Part shown: positions 37,848 through 50,720 of the stretch, piece after piece
Layout of the letters: each line of letters begins with the position of its first letter
Position numbering within the stretch: the stretch's first letter is position 1
Assembly: GCA_951406725.2 (NCBI GenBank)
Contig: OX597820.1
Location: 71,424,001-71,488,000, forward strand
DNA length: 64,000 bases
Source of the DNA: Octopus vulgaris
Taxonomy: Eukaryota
Reading direction: 5' to 3'
Position numbers and translations under genes: made by a program
Notes under the pieces: model-generated
The model's database searches: none
Told to the model about the DNA's origin: nothing
The model's input: the letters and a program-made list of their open reading frames with translations, nothing else

Positions 37848-38569
37848 TATATATATATATACACACATGTATATATATATACACATGTATGTGCCCATGT
37901 TTATGTTCCTGTTCACCTATAATTTTGTAGTCTGATAAGCAGAAATCAAAAGAGTAAGTGGCAGATTGAAATAAATACTAGGATTGATATGATCAACTAA
38001 ATCCTTGAAAGCTGAATTACTGAAACCAGTAACATTATGAAAGAATTGTTAAATATCAAAGTCTTTTCAAATGCATCTCTGACATGGTCACTGATACCCT
38101 ACTTCATTGTATTTGGTGTATTGGTCAGTTCTTATTGGCTGTGACATCGAAGTTTTGGATTTAGTTTCCTTTTCTCTGTCTTTGTTTCCCTTACATTCTT
38201 TATTCCTTTGTTTATGTCTTGTTTGACCAAAGTGCAGGGTATCATTTCTTTCATTCTCACACTAGATTTTTATTCTATCATGCTCTCTCAGTTTAATACA
38301 TTATCTTTTATTTCACTGTTGCAATGTCTATGGAGCTAGCTGTAACTTATGACCTTATTTGGTAACTCGTGTGGTCATAGTAGTATAGGTAAGTCTTCTA
38401 TCATATCAAAATCATTATCTTGACTAATACAATGGTACAAAGAAATTGGTGTTCAGTGCAACGATACAGTAAAAATATTTTGTCGGATAGCACTTCATAA
38501 AGAACTAAAACACTTCCCATAAGAATATATATTATTGGCATTATTCAAGAAAAGTTTTTCAATTTTCAT

Positions 38570-38674
38570 TGTGGAGGCGCAATGGCCTAGTGGTTAGGGC
38601 AGCGGACTCGCGGTCGCAGGATCGCGGTTTCGATTCTCAGACCGGGCGTTGTGTGTGTTTATTGAGCGAAAACA
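38570..38674 (+). mobile_element. Young 3'-truncated SINE family C head between 54-bp direct repeats
   Basis: CpG-rich ggaggcgcaatggcctagtggttagggcagcggactcgcgg...; identical flanks 38516-38569 and 38675-38728. Confidence 0.9.
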
Positions 38675-39364
38675 CCCATAAGAATATATATTATTGGCAT
38701 TATTCAAGAAAAGTTTTTCAATTTTCATAGATAAAACCGTTCTTACTAACTACATTTACTGGCCCTTTGAGTCATGCATTATTTCTCCTCCTCTCTCTCT
38801 CTCTTCTTCTTCCCTCTCTATTTCCAATGTTACTGCAACGGCCTTTGCCTCCCTAAACTTGCTGAACTATATCACATCATCTAAAGCTCACTTGATGGAC
38901 TTCTCTCATCATTCACTTGTCTCAACCAGATACCTTGTTAAACATTTTCTTATTTTCTCCCCAGAATTGCTTTCTGGTGGAGTCTCTTCTAAACTGTTTT
39001 CTTTCATTCAGTTACCTAAAAGAATTCAAATTATGTACAAACAGTGCTAAACTTAATCAATTATTCCAAACATACTGAACAGAATTTCTGAAATTATAGA
39101 AGACGAATTTCATTTCTCGAGTTGAGAAACAGTACTTGTATGATATATAGTCTTGGTTTAGTAATGTAAGTATACTACCAGTGATCTTCCTGAATGAATT
39201 CTGTTAGTCATAAGACCACTAATTTGGAGTGAAGGGTATATTCAATTATATCGATCCAATGTTTTGTCATCCCATAAGGATGAATGGTAAAGTTGAACAA
39301 GTAGGATTTAAAGTCAGAATATATGCCAGTTGCTTTTCCAGTTTTGCCAATTGATTACCCATAA

Positions 39365-40794
39365 CACTGACCAACAAAATTTTTGTTGCATTCATACCTA
39401 CAATTGGTATTACCTAATTTGAATTCAAATATGAAGTTGGTTTTTCTCTATAAGCTTTAGACTTTGCAATTGAGGTTTTCCTATATTTTCCAAATTTCAC
39501 ATATTTCCCTAGATATGATGTAATCTTTATGATATTTTTCGAGTTATACTTGCTTCAAACAAAGTGGAAAAGAGCAAATATCTATGCATTGTGATTCTAA
39601 CATTATTCCTATATATGAGTTAACATACCACCATAAGAATTAGGCTATAAAAGTAATATTTCTTATTCTGATGCTGAGTAAAATAAGTGATATCATGTGC
39701 CAGTTATTTTGCCATCTGTTTTTCAGTTGAAAAAATATTTTATATACAATTGATAGATGTATATAGTTTAGAAACTGATTAGTCTGGAAATTAAAATACA
39801 AATAGATTTTATTCAGGCAAGAATTTGCACTTGAAGCTCTTGTGTTTGTAGACTTTCTCTGGGAAATCTCATTTTATGCTCTAGCAGTAGTCTGCCATCA
39901 TGTTTTTGTTCCATCACTCTTGATAATTCTTTTCCATGGTCCTGAGGTCTTGGTTGAAGCTCTGTCCTTGTTCATCACTTAAATCTCCAAGGTTTTTCAG
40001 AGAATTGGTCGAGGTGTCTATGGAGGATATGGAGTTCAATGCTCATGTCACATTGTATTCTTCATATAAATGCACTGTGTGACCAACTGGGACAGCTCCA
40101 CAAACCATGCCATTGTGTAGGAGAACACAATTTATGCTGCTCTTAGAACTATGTAGAAATAGTTGCCAGTCAGTTGAACTTTAAAAGAAGATACCTAAAT
40201 CCCGGAGAAGACTAAGATTATCATGGCAGTAAACAAAGTGTTTCTCTTCTGAAAAAAATGATACAAAAATCTGGTCTCGTTTTTGAAAATAAGAAACTTT
40301 TTATTTTGGTCTCGTAGAGGTTGTTTTGCAGCCTGGATGCTAGAACTTCAGCTGTAGTCCTGAAGAATCCCAAATCATATTCTAAATCATTGTGTTCTGT
40401 TTGGCATGAGGAAATCATTTTTTTGTCTTGATCACCTAGGGGAATTCCAAAATAAACTTTATAACCCCATCTCACAAACAATGTTATATTGTGCCTTTGA
40501 TAAATAAGTGTGAAGTTTCCACAGACATAGCAGAAGCCATCAGATTTATTCACACATCCATGTCTACTTGTAAAAGTCATGATCAGATCTGAAAAAACGC
40601 AATTATCAATTCTTTGTTAGTAGGATATATGGTATATGTCAAATTTAACTATAAATGAAGTTAACCTTCAAATTGCAAGAAAACAAGAGCTTGAAGAGTA
40701 AAATCAATTACAGATTTGAAATTAGCCCTAAAAAGACAGAATCAGTCAAAAAATCTCATGCAACAGAAAATTTTTGAAACAATGTTGTCCAGTG
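39365..40794 (-). mobile_element. Chapaev3-type (CMC) DNA transposon, internally deleted
   Basis: N-terminus SRHGCVNKSDGFCYVCG...YFGIPLGDQDK; C-terminal DEQG..F.QDLRTMEK-like remnant near 39930-39980; termini CACTG...CAGTG; 3-bp TAA on both sides. Confidence 0.8.
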
Positions 40795-43700
40795 TAATTA
40801 TTCATTCATATTATATTGGTTCAAAGCCATAAATTTGAGGTAGGAGCATAGTTGATTAAATTGACCTCAGTATGTATTTGCATGGGTAAACTGTAAAGCT
40901 TGTGCCATTGAGATTTGAATTCAGAATGTGAAATGATGTAACTAAATACCACAAATCACTTTTTTGTTGCCCTACCAATTCTGCTTATCCACTGCTCATA
41001 ATTATTAAAAGCATGCAGTAGAGACTTATATTAGATACCTTTATGGATTTTTGCTTTGAGATGTGTAAATGTTTAAACATTTCTGTTGTAAAAGTAATGC
41101 TGTGATTCATAGAATGGCATTTATATGCATGGATATACATATAGACAAATTAATAGATGACAGTACTCCTCTTGAAAATATAAAAATTCTTCAATGCAGT
41201 TTTATAAAAAGGAAAATACTAGTAAATATATTTTAAAGCAAATGCAATTCTTAGCATTTTTTGGTTATAATTAATTGCTTTTATTTTCATTTTTGCAGAT
41301 ATCAACTGGAAATTTAATTTGATGGTTTTGGTATTTACTTTCCTTTTATAGAATTTTAACTTTGTTTTGCTTTTGTATATATTTAATATAATTTAACCTT
41401 ATTATTTTGTCCTGAGTGAAATTGTATTTAACATTCAACTTCCAATTTGGAAGAAGGTCAACTATGCTAGTTTATAGAAATGTTTAAAGATATTCTGTTC
41501 CTGCAACCACATACAGCCAACTTATTTAAGTCACACTAACTGAGGAGTAAATTTTTCTTGTCATTTCTTTTATGAAATGTATTATTTAAAAACCATTTTA
41601 TTGTATCATAGCTCTGAAGACTTTTATTTGAATCTATTTGCACATAACCTCTTATATCAGAGATAAAAAAAGGAAAAAAATTTACATCACTTATTTTGAT
41701 TTTGCCTTTCAAACATATTTTCTTCAGTGCAGTTTTCCTTTTTGTTTTTTGCTTTATTTATGGAAGGTAAAGTTCTAAACATAACTTTGTAAATATTCAT
41801 GTTTTTTATGTCTTATTTAATTCATTCTGTAAGTTAGGTATTCTTGAACAAACAATATATCTTAATTAGGAATGTTACAAATTTGGTAGTAAGCTTCAGT
41901 TTGAAACAACAAAGAAAAAACTTGGTCAAATTCTGTCTTACAAAAATATCAGTTATTTCTGAGTTAGCTCTAAATTGATGCGTTTTCATTAATATTGGCC
42001 CATAGGATATGAAAACACTAATTCAAAGTACTCCATTTTCATTTATGGGGAGTCGATGTCCAAGGAATTTTATTTGATAAAAATCTTCAGTTTTAAATTC
42101 TTTTTTTAAATAATTATTTTCATATTTATATTATGAAAATAATTTTTTTTTTTTTTTGGTAATTTAATGTATGTATTTCATGCTGATGTACATTGAAAGG
42201 AGGCAACCCATTGAACTCTTTTTATATGCTCTATACTGATAGCTTTCTTTGCTGCCTCCTGTAACAACATTAAAGCTAGGCAGAACTTTTGCTGTATAGT
42301 AAATCAAGATAAAGATTATGAATTTTTTCAAATTATTTGACAATAATTGCAATTAGGTTGAAACTTATGACTCACGGAATATATGTCTAGTGTGGAGTAT
42401 ATATCTGGTTATGTTTTCATGGTATATTGTATCACAATTTATTGTAGGTTATACAATTATTTATAGCATTGGTTATTGTGGATTATCTGAAAATATCTAT
42501 AATGAAACCAAATATCATGTTACTTTCAATCTGGTTTTAAGCCGACAAACAAGACGCCAACCATTTCATAAGTAATCTTAAAACTCTTGCTTTAATCTCA
42601 ATTGTAATTGTAAACAGTGATAAAGCTAGAGTTAAAAAATATATATAAGCTTTATTTAATATTTATAAAATATCTTCAGTAGCATGTTTTGTTCTTTTCT
42701 GGTATATTCAGATGAATTTTCACAGTTCCCAAATGACAAAATATAGAGTAAATGATTTCATAATTTGATACAGTCAAACACAAACATACATGTACAATTA
42801 CTGATGCATACATAAACATAACTGTATAAAACTATACATACAAGACATATGCATATTATATTTACATAGGCACACTTATGGAAATATATGTGTGTGTATG
42901 AGAAATTGCTTTTCTTTTAAACATATTAAAATCATGACTGTCATTTCCTTTTCCTTTAAAAGACTTCATATTTTCTTTTTTTTTTCTGTATTTCATAAAG
43001 AATAAGAAATTTCTAAGATTGATTGATGTTTGAGAGTCAGTAGTATCTCCTGAATAAAATAGTTTTAGTTTTGGTTGCTATTGCTGTTTTGTTGTAAGAG
43101 AGAATCACTAAAACAGTGTTTTTCTTTCTTTATCGTTGGACTTAAGTTTCATTTTGCTGACACCAGGATTTTATCAGTAAGTTTGCTGCCATTGGGTAGT
43201 AAATGTGCATTGAGATTTGCATTGTATGTTAACTAAGTGCATTAAATAAGACTGTGATTGTTGTAGTGAAAATATTGTAGCTTGAGGAAGAAATAGGTGG
43301 AAGAAGTTAATTGAGCAATTAACTCTGCTGGCAATGAAATATTTTACGCACTATAAGATAATTGTACTGTCAACTAATTTTTTTTTTATATTTTTATGTC
43401 ATGTAATTTAATGTGCTGCAAAGGCTCCTTGTTGTAGATGCATTGTCAGGTCACAAGAATGTGTGGCATTTGTATGACCAATATCACTACTTGTCAATAG
43501 AAATTTAGAAGTTTTTTTTACATACAGATTTGCATGTAGTTAGCAGAGCACATTATAACTAAAGAATTTCATTAACCTGCAGGAATAACTTTGAATCTTC
43601 CCATAGGAAAAATCTGCATTACACTGGCATTCACATTCAAGAAGAGGAGAAATCTTTCAATCACAGGATACTTGTATATAATATAAATTATGTATGCATG

Positions 43701-44329
43701 ACTCATGAGAATAGTGTGTGAAAATATGTAGCAAACAATGTTATCCTACTTTTTATTTTATAAATTATTGTCGAGATTTGATAACATAGAAAATCAAATT
43801 ATTACTTACATAAATACTTTTTAATTTCCTACAGAGAATGTAATTATCTGTGTTACTAAAACAATAGGCAGTTTCCTGCATTTCTGATGTACAGATCAAA
43901 AAGCTTTTCTGAGATGAGAAAAATAAAAATAGCATATAACAATTCTCAAGTCAATTTTCTTCAGGGAAGAAATTTACACTTAAAATTGTACTTTTCTAGC
44001 TTTAGCAGAGAAGGTATTTCTATTAAATCATTATAATTGAAAGTGCTTGCAAATGGTATGCAACTGATAAAATAGCTAATCCTGTTAGCTACTGTAGATT
44101 TATTATTGATCTTTAGTAGATCTTAATTAATTTCACTTTGAAAAAATTATGCCAATGTTTGCAACTATGGTAGGATTTGTTAGGAATATTTGCAGAGCAG
44201 CTTCAATTATAATTTTTATGATTTTATTGCAAATGGTACATTTAGACTTGAACCTATTTATAGCACAATATTTCACAATATATTAATGTGTACATTGTCT
44301 TCCTTTGAGAAATTGGGGTATTGTGTGCT

Positions 44330-44900
44330 TTAAGAATATCTCCAACAGTTGGATACGCAAAATGCCAGCATAATAATAATACCGACTTTTTTTTCTCATT
44401 GGACTAGTTAAACTCATCGCTGCTAGTTAGTATACCTCCTGATTTATTCTATATTGACTACAAGTATGACTTTCACCTTTATCCAATATCTACTTACTGC
44501 CTTCAAGTCAGGTCATGAATCTCATCACAGGCTGAAGTGAACTCCTATTGCTACCATGTAAACCAGTACTACCTGTTCCATGGTCAAGTGATCAGTGACT
44601 ATACCAGTTCCCCACATGAGTAGCTTGATACTCTTGTGAGGAGGGTACCTGGACAAAAAGTAGGACTAAAAACAAGACCTGTCAAAGGACAGATGGGGTC
44701 CTTGTGGGCTAACAGCTGATGAGGAAGGCAATGGCAAACCATTTCAATACCTTTGCTAAGAAAACATTATGAGGAAGTCAGAATGAAGTAATGCTATGGC
44801 TGCATCTGATGGGAGAACTCACACTTAATCAGGAAGACTTTCATTGTAGTGTTATCAACACACTACAACAGGCATATGATACATGACAATGACGACTTGC
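44330..44900 (+). mobile_element. Old SINE/RTE-BovB-related fragment
   Basis: gaggaaggcaatggcaaaccatttcaatacctttgctaagaaaac resembles the BovB/RTE-associated ggaaatggcaaaccactccagtatctttgccaagaaaac motif. Confidence 0.4.
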
Positions 44901-45628
44901 TGTCTAGTTGATAAGTAACTGAAAGTTAACTATTTTTACAGTCAAAAAGAATACATTACCAGTGGCAAGATACCATTGCTTCTCTAGTTAAGTTGCTGAC
45001 AGCTCAATGATTTGACAGTAATAGTTATTTAGGAGCAGTGTATAAAATCTCATCCTGAAGAATTAGTGAATCTTTTGCAGTATCCTGATATTCAGTAGGA
45101 ATCTATCTTTCAAAATGTTTTTCCATTTCACATTGTAATCTAAATTCTTGAGATATTTAATAGTCAATTCCTTAGCACACTTTCTGAAATTTATTATAGT
45201 TTCCCTCAAATTGAATAGAAAAATATTACTCGCTACCAAAATTGAACTTGCATTTTCAGAGGTATATTCAACATTGCTTTGATATTGTCCTGGTCTTTGC
45301 AAATTTTAAAAGCAAATTTATCATGGATTCTGTTAAAAAACATACTATGAATTTCAGTAGAATTATTGAATTAACAATATCAAGAATAGATACTGAAAGC
45401 TTAATTTCTGATTTATATTCTGCACTCCATAACATTTTCTACTCTTTTAAAACTGAAATAATTTTGATCTTATTTCAAGATTTGTTATCTCTTGAGATTC
45501 AATACAACTAAGTAATTTTAGTCACTTTTTGTATTTTTTCATTATTTAATTTGATATATTTTATTACTTTACTTCTTTATTCTAAGAAATTGAGCTAGTG
45601 TACTTTACCTTAATGGTAATCTTTAGAC

Positions 45629-45775
45629 CAGTGATAGGCAACTTGTAGTGCAAGGGACATTTTGAACAGCATGACTGATGAAAAATTACTTTGAATTGTT
45701 TTAATAGTTTGGGCCACCTAATGATAAGTCATGTCTCATGCCACCCTCTTCTTGGAAAAAGGTTTCCCATTCCTT
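45629..45775. mobile_element. hAT (Charlie-like) MITE
   Basis: Termini cagtgataggcaac...ggtttcccattcct; 8-bp flanks ctttagac / ttttagac. Confidence 0.5.
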
Positions 45776-46269
45776 TTTTAGACTGTTTAGGTAATATATA
45801 TTTTCAAAGTCATTAGTAGTTCAGAAAATTAAATCAGTTTTGTTGCATAAAATTTTCAATGCAGTGATTTACTCTTTGATTATATTTACCAATAAAATTG
45901 CATTTAGACCCAGAATCTGTAGGTAGGTGAAGTTATTATTTTTTTTTGGTTTGACACAAAATATTTTGAATTTTGATTTTAAGAAATACGTGTTCCTTGT
46001 CATATTGTAGCCATCATTTTTCTACTGGAAATGTCATTATTTTTCATATTCTAATTTTCTTTTGATGTCTCTTACATATAAAAGCTACTTACAAACATTT
46101 TACAAGTTTTACAATATCTGAATGTAGATGTTTCAAAAAAGTTTTTGTATATAATTGTAGCAATGTAGCAAGAGAATTTTCTATTAACAAAATTGATTTA
46201 GTTTATCAACATTGGAATTACTATATTTTCTCTAATATAGGTACATGGGGAATGAAACTGTTGATTTTA

Positions 46270-46578
46270 TGGATTCTCAGTACTTGATTGTAAGGTTATG
46301 AGTTCAGCTCTCAGCAGCACATTGTGACTTTGAACAAAACACTTTATTTCACATAGCTCCAGTCCACTCAACTGGCAAAAATGAGTTGTACCTGTAATTC
46401 AAAGAACCAGCCTTGTCTCATTCTGTGTCATGATGAATCTCCCTGAGAACTGCATTAAGGGTATGCTTGTCTGTGGAGTGCTCAGCTACTTGCACATTAA
46501 TTTCATGAGCAGGCTCTTCCTTTGATTGAATCAACTGGAACTCTCATCATCATAACTGATGAAGTACCATTATTATTA
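46270..46578 (+). mobile_element. SINE family D (CORE-like centre, (ATT)n tail)
   Basis: gtgactttgaacaaaacactttatttcacatagctccagtccactcaactgg...accattattatta. Confidence 0.55.
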
Positions 46579-47198
46579 TGTTTTTGTATAATATTCATTT
46601 GATCCAGTTCTTCATAATAGATGTAAGTAGCAATTGAATGTGTATGCAAATGTATAGTAATGTTACAAAGTGTATTATGTCAAGTTTATATCTTTAAAAT
46701 GGCAAATGCTTTGTAGGGTATCAATCTGATTTTGGTTGCTGTGTTTCTTGTTCTCCTTCACATGTACCCCACAGTTATAACACTCTGGTAAAATTTCCAT
46801 TTCCTTTCATCAGTTACTTAAAACATTTGAGATGAAATTCAAAATTCATGAAACTGAAGGACTATGAAAATATTTGCATTTTCTTTCAGATTGTCAACTG
46901 ACAATTCAGGTGGCATCCAATTTCCATTTTAAATAGTTGCTGCAAATATTGAAGTGTAATAGAAAAAGATAAATTCAGTTTCTGGAATTTTGTTTCTGGC
47001 AGCACTGAACAATACTATTTGGTTGCAGTTAACTTATTATTAAACTCACCAAAGACGTAAGTGTCCGTGCAATGCAGTTAGTATTCATAAAAGTTTTTAA
47101 ATATTTTCATCACTTTATTATAAAGAGAAGACCTTTGTACAAATATCCTGAATAATTCATATAGCTTCAAAATCACTCTGCCTATGTGTGCTTTTTGG

Positions 47199-47237
<39 letters not shown>

Positions 47238-47238
47238 T

Positions 47239-47270
<32 letters not shown>

Positions 47271-47695
47271 ACACACACAGAGGCTCACACAGATATATTC
47301 TAAAATGCAATTTAGGATTTCAAATGCCATCATTTCAAAGTAATAGGAATATGATAGATTTTTGATTCTGTACAACTTATAAAATATACAAGGACTTCGC
47401 TACAATTTTGGCCTCAATTTCAGGAGCCTCATAAATTTGTGCTGGTTTACTTTATGAAACGGAGGCACATCAATGACATGTTGATGGTCAATTGCTGATC
47501 ATTGTTGCACAGTAATGAATTTACTGATTTACTGGACATGCATCACTTAAATCTCATATATTTCGGTATTTTCAAGTATAAGTGGAACTCATGAATGATA
47601 CCAGGGGTTGCAAAATCTTCCATAAAGCAAACATCCTGCTGCAGAGACAGTCAAGATTTTCAATTACAGCAGATCAGTCCAAGAACTGGACAAGA

Positions 47696-47731
<36 letters not shown>

Positions 47732-48047
47732 TCACAGAAAGTGTGTCAATAGTCAGCTGGAGGAGGTGTCCTCCTGGGCTACAAGCTACAGTAGCATTCA
47801 CCCTTAAGGTTTAGCCACATTTAAGTGGCCAATATACTTCATGATGTCTTGCAGCTACTGCTTATACCTCGCTCAGAGATTTATTATTGCTTATATATGT
47901 GTATCTATTAGAAAGTTAATAAAAAGAAAATAGAGAAGAAATATAGTAGATACTTGGTTAATTTTATTTGTATCCCGATGAAAAAAGTAATACATGTAAG
48001 ATTCAGGATGTAAAGGAAGCAAATCATCAAAAGAAATAAACATAAAA

Positions 48048-48153
48048 GAATCCTACATATGTTTCAATCTGGCCATTAAGTTTCGATCATTAGCATTCAA
48101 ATATGTTAGATATAAAATAACCTCACATTATGTCCAGATCTCATCAGGGCATG
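48048..48153 (-). ncRNA. Type I hammerhead motif with intact core
   Basis: Minus strand: atgcc CTGATGA gatctgg...ccagatt GAAA CATATG TA ggattc; 7-bp P2, palindromic P3 ACATATGT, GUA site. Confidence 0.72.
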
Positions 48154-48192
48154 ATGTTTACTTTAATTATTCAGTACCTGAAAGTAAACATC

Positions 48193-48298
48193 GATCCCTA
48201 ATGAGATCCGTACATAATGTGGGGTTATTTTACATCTAACATCACTTGAATGCTGATGATCGAAACCTAATGGCCAGATTGAAACATATGTAGGATTC
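48193..48298 (+). ncRNA. Hammerhead motif with core mutation
   Basis: gatcc CTAATGA gatc...gatt GAAA CATATG TA ggatt; 5-bp P1, G5 changed to A. Confidence 0.6.
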
Positions 48299-48469
48299 TT
48301 TTATGTTTACTTCTTTTGTTGATTTGCTTCCTGTTTTCTTTTATTAACATTACACATTATTGGACAGTTTATCCATATATATTGTGGAACTTTCTTTCAA
48401 CATATTTGATAACACTAGTTGGTACCCAGGTTTTTGAAAAATCCCTTACAAGGAAATTTCATCAATATT

Positions 48470-48502
<33 letters not shown>

Positions 48503-48522
48503 GTGGCTGTGTACTAAGAATA

Positions 48523-48911
48523 GGCGGCACAGGAGTGGTTGTGTGGTAATAAGCTTGCTTCCCGACCACATGGTTCCGGGTTCAGTCCCAGTGCATGGCA
48601 CCTTGGGCAAGTGTCTTCTACTATAGCCTCAGGCTAACCAAAGCCTTGTGAGAGGATTTGGTTGACAGAAGCTGAAAGAAGCCCATTGTATATATACATG
48701 TGTGTATGTATATTTGTGTCGGTGTTTGTCACCCCACCATTGCTTGACAACCGACGTTGGTGTGTTTACATCCCCATAACTTAGCAGTTCAGCAAAAAAA
48801 CTGATAAAATAAATACTGGGCTTACAAAGAATAAATCCTGGGGCCGATTTGTTTGACTAAAGGTGGTGCTCCAGCATGGATGCAGTCAAATGACTGAAAT
48901 AAATAAAAGAA
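48523..48911 (+). mobile_element. SINE family A, full length
   Basis: Pol III A/B boxes (gtggttgtgtgg, gggttcagtccc), ccttgggcaagtg core, tail ggtgctccagcatgg...gactgaaataaataaaaga. Confidence 0.88.
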
Positions 48912-48937
48912 TATGTGTGTGTGTGTGTGTGGATACA

Positions 48938-50168
48938 CAGACATGACAGAGGTAAATAGACACCCTATTAAACATCGTTCTATGCTTATTATAACTTGAA
49001 AAGGTTTATATTTTTTTTATTAGTTGACATATTTGTGTTTCAGGTTATATATGTGACTGTTTAATCATGCCACATACAAAAGATGGCTTGGACCTGTTCA
49101 AATTTCAAAGAGGTTGTATTGTGAGTCAATCTGAAGGTGGACCTAGTCAGAGTAAAATAACAGAAAACCTTGGGATCCTACTTTCTACAGTTAACAGAAT
49201 GATTGTGCAATTCACCAAGGAAGACCAGGAGTCTACATTACCTCACCCAGGCCAACCAGGGCCCTCTGACTGGACTCTTTGCTTTGTTAATTGAAATGTG
49301 GAGGAAAATCCTCATTGCATAGCAGAACAAGTTGATGTCAATTCCAGAACAACTGTCAGATATCTCCACAAACCTGGCTGCTATGGCAGAGCAGCAAGAA
49401 GGAAACCACTTCTTCAGCCAGCCAATATCAAGCAGAGAAAAGATTGGGCCAGTGAAATGGTGGGGAGGCTACTAGCATTGGAACATTGTCATATTCTCTG
49501 ATAAATCCAAATTTGCTATATTTTTTGGCAGTGGTAGAGTGTAAGGCTAGAGACACTGTGATCAAGAATTCAATGTGGAAAGATTGCAGCCAACAATGAA
49601 ACATGGTGGCTATTCTGTGATGGTCTAGGGAGCAATTTGGAGCAATAGTCAGAGCTAGTGGAGTGTGAGGGAAACATAAATTCAGATAAATATGTGTCCA
49701 TATTGTAGAGAGGACTCCTTCCAATCTTCGCCAGTGGTGAAATGATTAAAGAAGATTATTGATGGAAGATGCAGCTCCTTGTCACACGGCTAAAAGGACC
49801 CAAGGTTGTTTGGAAGAGAATGGCAATAAAAAGCTTCCATGGCCAAGCCAGTCACCAGATATGAACCCTATTGGATACTTCTGGGTCATAATGAACAGAA
49901 CACTTCATAAAAAGAAAACAAAGCAAACTCAAAGCCAGTTCTTTCGAGGTAACTGCATGAAACTTGGCAAGAAATTCTGCAAGAAAATATTCGTCATCTG
50001 ATCTGTAACATGCCCAATAGGATCCTTACATTGTAAAATGTAAAGAGCATGTCTACTAAATATTAGGTATTTACATTATAATTATTAATAAATAATTTGA
50101 ATGTATAATTTCAGATTTAAATCAATTTTAACGAGTATAAGGGTGTCTATTTACTTCTGTGATGTCTG
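48938..50168 (+). mobile_element. Tc1 (DD34E) transposon, full length, inactivated
   Basis: TIRs cagacatgacagaggtaaatagacaccct / agggtgtctatttacttctgtgatgtctg, TA on the right; transposase pieces ARRKPLL, FSDKS, DAAPCH...SPDMNPIG (34-aa spacing, E changed to G). Confidence 0.92.
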
Positions 50169-50171
50169 TAT

Positions 50172-50541
50172 ACTCCTTACTCCTTTACTCCTGGAGCACC
50201 GCCTTTAGTCGAGCAAATCGACCCCGGGACTTATTCTTTGTAAGCCCAATACTTATTCTATCGATCTCTTTTGCCGAACAGCTAAGTGACGGGGACGTAA
50301 ACACACCAGCATCAGTTGTCAAGCAATGCTAGGGGTACAAACACAGACACACAAATAGACACACACATACATATATATATACATATATACGACAGGCTTC
50401 TTTCAGTTTCCGTCTACCAAATCCACTCACAAGGCATTGGTCGGCCCGGGGCTATAGCAGAAGACACTTGCCCAAGATGCCACGCAGTGGGACTGAACCT
50501 GGGACCATGTGGTTGGTTAGCAAGCTACTTACCACACAGCA
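50172..50541 (-). mobile_element. SINE family A, young copy
   Basis: CpG-rich reverse complement of 48523-48911. Confidence 0.88.
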
Positions 50542-50627
50542 TATGGTCAAATTTCAAAGAGGCTGTATTGTGAGTCAATCTGAAGGTGGACCTAGTCTGA
50601 GTAAAATCACAGAAAACCTTTGGATCC

Positions 50628-50720
<93 letters not shown>

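Larger units (their letters stand above)
48029..48317. mobile_element. Fold-back element with a hammerhead on each arm
   Basis: Arms ~48029-48164 and ~48181-48317 are reverse complements with a ~16-nt spacer. Confidence 0.85.

Noticed and set aside
38573-38646. tRNA gene
   Set aside because: A/B boxes are present but it continues into SINE body sequence shared with 27172 and 37530; it is a SINE head.
42178-42258. Possible minus-strand terminal exon (EAAKKAISIEHIKRVQWVASFQCTSA*)
   Set aside because: Only an AG and a short open frame; no recognisable homology and expected by chance.
45233-45329. Possible minus-strand exon (IHDKFAFKICKDQDNIKAMLNIPLKMQVQFW*)
   Set aside because: Reasonable acceptor but weak donor and no homology.
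47545-47655. Further minus-strand hammerhead (gtct CTGCAGC...ccGAAATATATG agat)
   Set aside because: Two core mismatches and G at the cleavage position; too degenerate to support.
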